This document shows positions 38,762 to 42,921 of a stretch of DNA of 42,921 nt, one piece after another. The notes beneath the pieces were generated by a model. It was given only the letters and a program-made list of their open reading frames with translations, was not told the DNA's origin and ran no database searches. Source of the DNA: a virus; IMG/VR virus record IMGVR_UViG_3300033463_000305, positions 1 through 42,921 of that record; one strand, written 5' to 3'. Each line of letters starts with the position of its first letter. Within the stretch, counting starts at the first letter, position 1. The position numbers were made by a program, and so were the translations under genes.

Positions 38762-39955
38762 ATGGGAACCCAATGCAGAGCGCAGGAGCTGGATGCCATG
38801 ACCTGCCCGAAGTGTTCCCGCCCGCTCCCGGAGCTGGAGGATCTGCTGTACTGCCCCTTCTGCGGTCGGAAGCTGGTGCGGGAGTATGGCCGCCGCCGCC
38901 GCGGCAATGGCCAGGGCACCGCCCGGAAGCGGGGCAGCACATGGACAGGCTATGCCGCCGGGTACTCCTGGGTGGACGAGTCCGGCAAGCGGCACACCGT
39001 CCGTCCCAGCAAAGGCGGTTTTCGAACCAAGTCCGACGCCCTGGCCTGGGCCGCCCAGAACAACCCCGCCGCTCAGGAGGCCCCCATTCCCAGGCTTGTG
39101 GATCTCTGGACCGGGTATCGGGATAACGAGCTTCCCAAGCTCAGCGCGGACAAGCAGACCGCTTACAAGGCCGCCGCCCGCCGGCTGAAGCCCATCATGG
39201 GCCGCACCGTGGACAGTCTCACCGTGGACGACCTCCAGGCGGTGATCAACACCGTCAGCACCTATTACCCCGCCCGGGATATCAAGACGGTGCTCTCCCA
39301 TTGCTATCTCCGGGCCATGGCCAGCAATGCCAACCGGGGCCGGATCACCCAGAATCTGAGCGAGTTCGTCACTCTCCCGAAGCTGGAGGAGAGGGAGGCC
39401 GCCGTCTTTACCTCCCAGGAGGTCAAGCAGCTCTGGACCCTGTATGAGGCCGGGGACGTGTTCACCGGGTACATCTTGCTCATGATCTATACCGGCATGA
39501 TGCCCGCGGAGCTCCTGTCCTGCCGGAGGGACCAGATCGACCTGGACCGCTGCGAGATCCGAGGTGCCGGCGCAAAGACGGCAGCCCGCAAGGCCGCCGT
39601 GATCGTCTTCCCGCCTTATATCCGCCCCGTCCTGGAGGATCTGCTTGCCGTTGAGGTCAAAAATTGCCGCAGCACCGGGGAAAAATTGCTCAGCATGAAT
39701 AAATGGACTTTTTACGACCGCTTCCGGGAGACCTTGTCCAAGGCAGGGATCGAAAATGAAAAGGGCGAGAACGGCAAATACCGCCTCACCCCATACGCCT
39801 GCCGCCACACCTTCGGCACCGAGGCTGTCCGCCAGGAGCTGCACCCGGAGATGATCAAGCGTCTCCTGCGCCACAGCTCCACCCGGACCCAAGAGAAGTA
39901 TACCCACCTGGGAGCCAAGGACCTCCACGCCGCCGCCGACGCCCTCCCGAAATAG
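38762..39955 (+). CDS. int: Tyrosine integrase with N-terminal zinc ribbon and AP2-like arm-binding domain
   Basis: The ATG at 38762 is 7 nt after GAAGGTGG. It contains CPKCS..CPFCG, then GSTWTGYAAGYSWVDESGKRHTV..FRTKSDALAW. Catalytic-type residues are seen in ..PAELLSCRRDQID.., ..CRHTFGT.. and ..LLRHSSTRTQEKYTH. Confidence 0.85.
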   Translation: MGTQCRAQELDAMTCPKCSRPLPELEDLLYCPFCGRKLVREYGRRRRGNGQGTARKRGSTWTGYAAGYSWVDESGKRHTVRPSKGGFRTKSDALAWAAQNNPAAQEAPIPRLVDLWTGYRDNELPKLSADKQTAYKAAARRLKPIMGRTVDSLTVDDLQAVINTVSTYYPARDIKTVLSHCYLRAMASNANRGRITQNLSEFVTLPKLEEREAAVFTSQEVKQLWTLYEAGDVFTGYILLMIYTGMMPAELLSCRRDQIDLDRCEIRGAGAKTAARKAAVIVFPPYIRPVLEDLLAVEVKNCRSTGEKLLSMNKWTFYDRFRETLSKAGIENEKGENGKYRLTPYACRHTFGTEAVRQELHPEMIKRLLRHSSTRTQEKYTHLGAKDLHAAADALPK

Positions 39956-39964
39956 TCCACCCTA

Positions 39965-39985
39965 TTGTGTACAATATGTGTACAA
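39965..39985 (+). repeat. Pair of direct TGTGTACAA repeats (candidate integrase arm sites, int-proximal)
   Basis: TTGTGTACAA at 39965-39974 and ATGTGTACAA at 39976-39985, spaced 11 nt apart and 37 nt from the tRNA fragment. Confidence 0.6.
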
Positions 39986-40021
39986 GCATCAGGCTCCGCC
40001 GCATGGTTGACACACTCAGCC

Positions 40022-40086
40022 TTCCCCTGCTAAGGGAGTAGGCGGTGTTGAGCCGCGCCCGGGTTCAAATCCCGGCTTCTCCGCCA
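40022..40086 (+). tRNA. Partial tRNA-Ser(GCU): anticodon arm to CCA end only (probable attP core)
   Basis: The anticodon arm is ttccc-CTGCTAA-gggag (anticodon GCT at 40029-40031). A long variable arm (gcgg..ccgc) follows, then the T-arm ccggg-TTCAAAT-cccgg and the acceptor 3' strand cttctcc-G-CCA. No matching 5' strand (GGAGAAG) or D-arm lies upstream. Confidence 0.65.
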
Positions 40087-40090
40087 TATT

Positions 40091-40138
40091 CCCCGGAAAC
40101 TGCATGATAGTGTGGTTTCCGGGGAGCTTTTATTTTTT
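40091..40138 (+). terminator. Rho-independent terminator after the tRNA fragment / int
   Basis: CCCCGGAAAC (40091-40100) pairs with GTTTCCGGGG (40115-40124) and is followed by AGCTTTTATTTTTT. Confidence 0.7.
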
Positions 40139-40195
40139 CGTTTTATCACGTATAAGCCCGCATGAAACAATGGAAAACACTGTGCTATATCTGTA

Positions 40196-40216
40196 TTGTG
40201 TACAGCGTTGTGTACA
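40196..40216 (+). repeat. Pair of direct TTGTGTACA repeats (candidate integrase arm sites, distal arm)
   Basis: TTGTGTACA at 40196-40204 and 40208-40216, in the same orientation as the 39965-39985 pair. Confidence 0.6.
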
Positions 40217-40219
40217 TCC

Positions 40220-40250
40220 AATCAAGAAGGGGGCCGGTTTCCCGGTCCCC
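40220..40250 (-). terminator. Candidate terminator of the long - strand operon
   Basis: A 9-bp G+C-rich stem (40229-40237 with 40242-40250, one G-U pair) has a 4-nt loop. On the - strand it is followed by TTCTTGATT. It lies 8 nt after the last stop codon. Confidence 0.4.
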
Positions 40251-40257
40251 TCCTCTG

Positions 40258-40740
40258 TTACATCCTCTCAAGCATCTGCTTGACGCGCTTCCGCTCCGGC
40301 TCCGGCATATCCCGGAGATCATCCATGATGTCCTCCACGCTGCCGTGGCCGGCGTAGCCGCCGCCGTCGCGGCTGGTATACCGCCCCATGCTGTCTCGCC
40401 CACGGCGGTTGGACATTCCGTCGGCATAGCTGCCGCCTTCGTAGCTCCCGCCGCCATCGTAGCTGCGCCGCATAGATGCCCCGCCGTCGTAGGCATAGCC
40501 GGGATACCACCGGCCAGAGTTTCCGCCTTCGTAGGACCGGCGGGATTCGCCGCCCTCGTCCTCCGCCTCCATCATGGCGATGGTGGTCTTGAGGCTCTTG
40601 GCTGTGTGGGTGAGCTTGTCCAGGATATCAATGTCCAGCACGCTCATGGTTCCGGTGGCACGGAGATTGCTGTCGCATTCCTCCAGCTTCTCCATGACCT
40701 TTTTGCAGAGGCCTTTGAGCATATTTATGTTTTCGTCCAC
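40258..40740 (-). CDS. Hypothetical protein with helical ends and a central G/S/Y/R-rich repeat region (160 aa)
   Basis: The GTG at 40740 is 7 nt after GGAAGGAGG. The central region reads RRSYEGGNSGRWYPGYAYDGGASMRRSYDGGGSYEGGSYADGMSNRRGRDSMGRY. Confidence 0.6.
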   Translation of the reverse strand: MDENINMLKGLCKKVMEKLEECDSNLRATGTMSVLDIDILDKLTHTAKSLKTTIAMMEAEDEGGESRRSYEGGNSGRWYPGYAYDGGASMRRSYDGGGSYEGGSYADGMSNRRGRDSMGRYTSRDGGGYAGHGSVEDIMDDLRDMPEPERKRVKQMLERM

Positions 40741-40758
40741 GTTGTTTCCTCCTTCCCG

Positions 40759-41202
40759 TCAGGCTACGCGTTTGATCCGCAGAGCTCCGCTCAGTCCGGT
40801 GATCACAGGCGCAGGGGTTTCCTCCGCGTCCGCTGCCACATATCGCAGAGATACCGTCAGGCAACAGCCGTTTGGCACGTCCACGGTGGCACGGCTGGTG
40901 ACGTTGCCCGCGTCCTCCGCTGCCGCAGGGGTATAAATGGCCACACTGGAGGGGATGGTTTCCCCGTTCTCCGCAATGGCCACGGCAATGGGTGCCGCGG
41001 TCCCGCCCGCGGGGATCTCTACGTTCCCCACGAAACTGATCTCATACCGGGCAAAGCATTTGTCCCTGGGGCCGCGCAGAGTAAAAATCCCGTAGCCGTT
41101 GGAATGCTGAATATAGCCAGCCCGGCAGGGGATAGATGCGACGAACCGAAAAGGCTGATTCAAAAGCACCGCCTGATCGGTCACGACAAGATACTCCGCC
41201 AT
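40759..41202 (-). CDS. Beta-rich protein, possible C1q/TNF-like (BclA C-terminal-like) jelly roll
   Basis: 147 aa with TAAGGAGGGGCTGCA before the ATG. The pattern GIFTLRG..YEISFVGNVEIPAGGTAAPIAVAIAENGETIPSS..VDVPNGCCLTVSLRYV resembles BclA-C/C1q-type domains (from memory). Confidence 0.55.
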   Translation of the reverse strand: MAEYLVVTDQAVLLNQPFRFVASIPCRAGYIQHSNGYGIFTLRGPRDKCFARYEISFVGNVEIPAGGTAAPIAVAIAENGETIPSSVAIYTPAAAEDAGNVTSRATVDVPNGCCLTVSLRYVAADAEETPAPVITGLSGALRIKRVA

Positions 41203-41214
41203 TGCAGCCCCTCC

Positions 41215-42162
41215 TTACGCGGCGCAGCCGCACCCGCCCATGGAGTAGGACTGCGGGCAGGTAAAAATGGGCTGGTTGCCGTACACGGGCTGCGCCGGAA
41301 TCGGGCAGGAACGCAGCTCAGAGACAAGCTGATTGGCAACCGTAGCTTGATTGGCGCGGAGCTGAGCGGTCTGGTCTACCTGGCTGGCCTGCATGTTGGC
41401 GAACTGGAGCTGACTGCGGAGCTGGCCGATCTGGTCATTCTTGGCCTCGACCTGCTGCTTGTAGCCGTCCAGCTCAAGCTGGCAGAGCTTGTCCAGGATA
41501 GACTGGCCCACCCGGTTCTGATTGTCGATGATGTCCCTGGTGTTCTGGTAGGCCGCCGTGCGGTCCGCGCAGTTCTCGGTGGCGACGGTGTACTTGAGAT
41601 CGGCGATGCCCGCCCGGTTCTCGCAGCAGCAGTCCTGGAGGGCAGACTGCACCCCAAACACCTGCTGCATGTTCGCCATCTGCCGCTGATTGGCGGAGAT
41701 TTCCGCGCCGTAGAAGCCGTCGCGCACCGCGCCGGTAATGGCATTGCCGGTCTGACACAGGTTCTGGTTCACACCGGCAAGGCCGAGCTGCACATCACCG
41801 AAGCCCCGGTTCAGGTCTGTGCGGATATCCCCAAGCTGGGAGTTGATCTGCTGGTCGCGGAAACCGTCACTGATGTGCTGGGAGTTGTTGAGCCAGGGGT
41901 ACAGGTAATCCAGGCCGAAGCCGCCCATGCCCATGCCGCCCATCATCATGGGCCACATCATGCCGCCCATGCCGCCGAAGCCCCAGCCGCCAAAGCCACC
42001 GAAGCCGCCGTTGAGAAGCGCAATCAGCAGGAGGATCCCCCACCAATCACCACCAGCGCCGAAGCCGCCCATTCCGCCGCCGTACATCGGCATACCGCCG
42101 TACCCAGTGGGTCCGACAAGCATGGTCGCGCCGATGCCGTTGCGTTCATCTGTAAGTGCCAT
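41215..42162 (-). CDS. Gly/Met/Phe-rich membrane-associated protein with Q/N-rich, Cys-rich C-terminal region (315 aa)
   Basis: The ATG at 42162 is 8 nt after AAGGA. The N-terminus reads GYGGMPMYGGGMGGFGAGGDWWGILLLIALLNGGFGGFGGWGFGGMGGMMWPMMMGGMGMGGFG. All 10 Cys lie in the C-terminal part, including CCC and the terminal GGCGCAA. Confidence 0.6.
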   Translation of the reverse strand: MALTDERNGIGATMLVGPTGYGGMPMYGGGMGGFGAGGDWWGILLLIALLNGGFGGFGGWGFGGMGGMMWPMMMGGMGMGGFGLDYLYPWLNNSQHISDGFRDQQINSQLGDIRTDLNRGFGDVQLGLAGVNQNLCQTGNAITGAVRDGFYGAEISANQRQMANMQQVFGVQSALQDCCCENRAGIADLKYTVATENCADRTAAYQNTRDIIDNQNRVGQSILDKLCQLELDGYKQQVEAKNDQIGQLRSQLQFANMQASQVDQTAQLRANQATVANQLVSELRSCPIPAQPVYGNQPIFTCPQSYSMGGCGCAA

Positions 42163-42220
42163 TGTCATTTTCCTTTCATGAATTATTATCAAGCCCGCTT
42201 ATGCGCACTCGCGGGGTTGA

Positions 42221-42436
42221 TTACTTGATCTTGCGCAGATTTCGCCCAATCTGGCCGGACCGGAACAGATAGCTGACCATCTGCTGCGGATCGTTAACTC
42301 CATCGGGTATGTTAAGCCCGCACCTGGACAGCACGGTCCTGGGATCGGCCTGGATCTGCTGCATGGCCTGCTCCCGTGTTAGTGGCGGCTGCTTCTGCTG
42401 TTGCTGCTTACAGCCGAGTGACTCAAACAGGCTCAT
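42221..42436 (-). CDS. Small hypothetical protein (71 aa)
   Basis: GAAGGGAGAAGATC precedes the ATG at 42436. It overlaps the upstream gene by 14 nt. Confidence 0.5.
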   Translation of the reverse strand: MSLFESLGCKQQQQKQPPLTREQAMQQIQADPRTVLSRCGLNIPDGVNDPQQMVSYLFRSGQIGRNLRKIK

Positions 42437-42827
42437 GATCTTCTCCCTTCTTCAGCATTGCCGAGATCAGGGCCTCCAGTTCGTCCTTCCGCACGTACTC
42501 TGCCGGGTTCAGCGTCGGCGCGGGCGGGGCCGGATGGCGCTTGTCGTAGTATTCCAGGTCGTATTTTCCGTCCTGGTGCTGGGTTTTGACGATAATGTGC
42601 TGCTCGTCCCGGGTGATGAACATCTGAGACGCGCCCGCCGCCAGGGGATACCTGGCCACTTCGTCCTCACCTCCCGCCTGGATGATCTCCGCGTGGATCG
42701 TGGGCGGCGTCATGGGCTGCTGCTGGGGCTGCTGTTGATACTGCTGGGCCGTATACTGCGGATACTGCTGCATGTACGGGTTATATCCCCCGTAGGTCGC
42801 CGGAAACGGATAGTTCGGAAACGGCAT
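42423..42827 (-). CDS. Hypothetical protein with Q/P/Y-rich N-terminus (134 aa)
   Basis: The internal ATG at 42827 lies behind CAGGAGGGGATAAAT. The start falls inside the terminal repeat, immediately after the stop of the 36..416 gene in the circular map. The globular part IIQAGGEDEVARYPLAAGASQMFITRDEQHIIVK is recalled from Firmicutes prophages. Confidence 0.55.
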   Translation of the reverse strand: MPFPNYPFPATYGGYNPYMQQYPQYTAQQYQQQPQQQPMTPPTIHAEIIQAGGEDEVARYPLAAGASQMFITRDEQHIIVKTQHQDGKYDLEYYDKRHPAPPAPTLNPAEYVRKDELEALISAMLKKGEDHEPV

Positions 42828-42921
42828 ATTTATCCCCTCCTGCTGAAAAAGTATGTCGGTACGGTCTGTCCGGAGTCGAAGGTATCCCACCAATCGCCGT
42901 CTATCACGGCGACGGCGTGCT
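42795..42921. repeat. Terminal direct repeat, copy 2 (identical to 1..127)
   Basis: Same 127-nt string as nt 1-127. This length equals a common assembler k-mer, so it is most simply a circular-contig overlap. Confidence 0.95.

Larger units (their letters stand above)
1..42921. mobile_element. Complete temperate tailed-phage genome (circular unit 42,794 bp; podovirus-like gene content)
   Basis: An exact 127-nt terminal overlap closes the circle. Integrase plus attP with tRNA fragment, repressor/switch, recombination and replication genes, terminase, portal, scaffold, capsid, lysis cassette and tail genes are all present. Confidence 0.85.

Noticed and set aside
38465-39928. 487-aa - strand ORF covering the integrase gene
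   Set aside because: It is antisense to a well-supported tyrosine integrase and has a G/P/A/L-rich low-information translation. Only the last 70 codons (38465..38677), which lie outside int and have a strong RBS, were kept as a possible gene.
39990-40086. A complete tRNA-Ser gene
   Set aside because: The T-arm, variable arm, anticodon arm and 3' acceptor/CCA are present. The required 5' acceptor strand (GGAGAAG) and a foldable D-arm are absent in the 100 nt upstream. It is interpreted as the attP copy of a tRNA 3' end and not as a functional tRNA.
1-42921. Search for reverse transcriptase (DGR/retron), CRISPR arrays, toxin-antitoxin pairs and known multi-gene defence systems
   Set aside because: No RT motifs (YxDD), no repeat-spacer arrays and no recognisable nuclease/NTPase defence cassettes were seen in any frame that I could read. 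The AT-rich island in the fibre gene has no matching template repeat elsewhere in the genome, so it is not a DGR variable region.

Overview
The window is a complete, circularly closed genome of a high-G+C temperate tailed phage from a Gram-positive, Clostridia-like host. The unit length is 42,794 bp, and nt 1-127 recur exactly at 42795-42921. Only a small lysogeny block lies on the + strand: an XRE-type repressor, a small Zn-ribbon ORF and a tyrosine integrase. It sits next to an attP that carries the 3' part of a tRNA-Ser(GCU). All other credible genes are on the - strand, with GGAGG-type RBSs and frequent ATGA/GTGA start-stop overlaps. Reading the - strand from high to low coordinates gives this order. 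(1) A divergent-promoter switch at 37.6-37.8 kb. (2) Early genes: excisionase-type HTHs, a Cro-like HTH, a RecT/Redbeta-like annealase with a Cas4-like exonuclease, a replisome organiser, many small Zn-ribbon or Cys-rich ORFs, a Lar-like ORF, a composite Dam-fragment/GNAT-like ORF and a radical SAM enzyme. (3) A perfect TTGACA-17-TATAAT promoter with a LexA (Cheo) box in its spacer. (4) Small and large terminase, portal, scaffold, capsid and fibre genes, an embedded lysis cassette (CHAP-SLH lysin, holin, XhlA-like) and tail proteins. (5) A 3,371-aa polyvalent virion protein. (6) After wrapping through the window ends, a distal block of uncharacterised low-complexity and Cys-rich proteins that stops at attP. 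No tail tube, sheath or tape-measure gene is recognisable, so a podovirus-like virion is inferred. The long + strand ORFs in the track are antisense artefacts of the high G+C content. The most interesting items are: the giant polyvalent protein; the radical-SAM plus GNAT-like (Mom/Elp3-like logic) pair beside methyltransferase remnants and a Lar-like gene; the LexA box inside the late promoter; low-G+C cassettes in the receptor-binding genes; the attP architecture; and the att-proximal cargo block. All family names come from reading motifs by eye or from memory and need HMM or structure confirmation.
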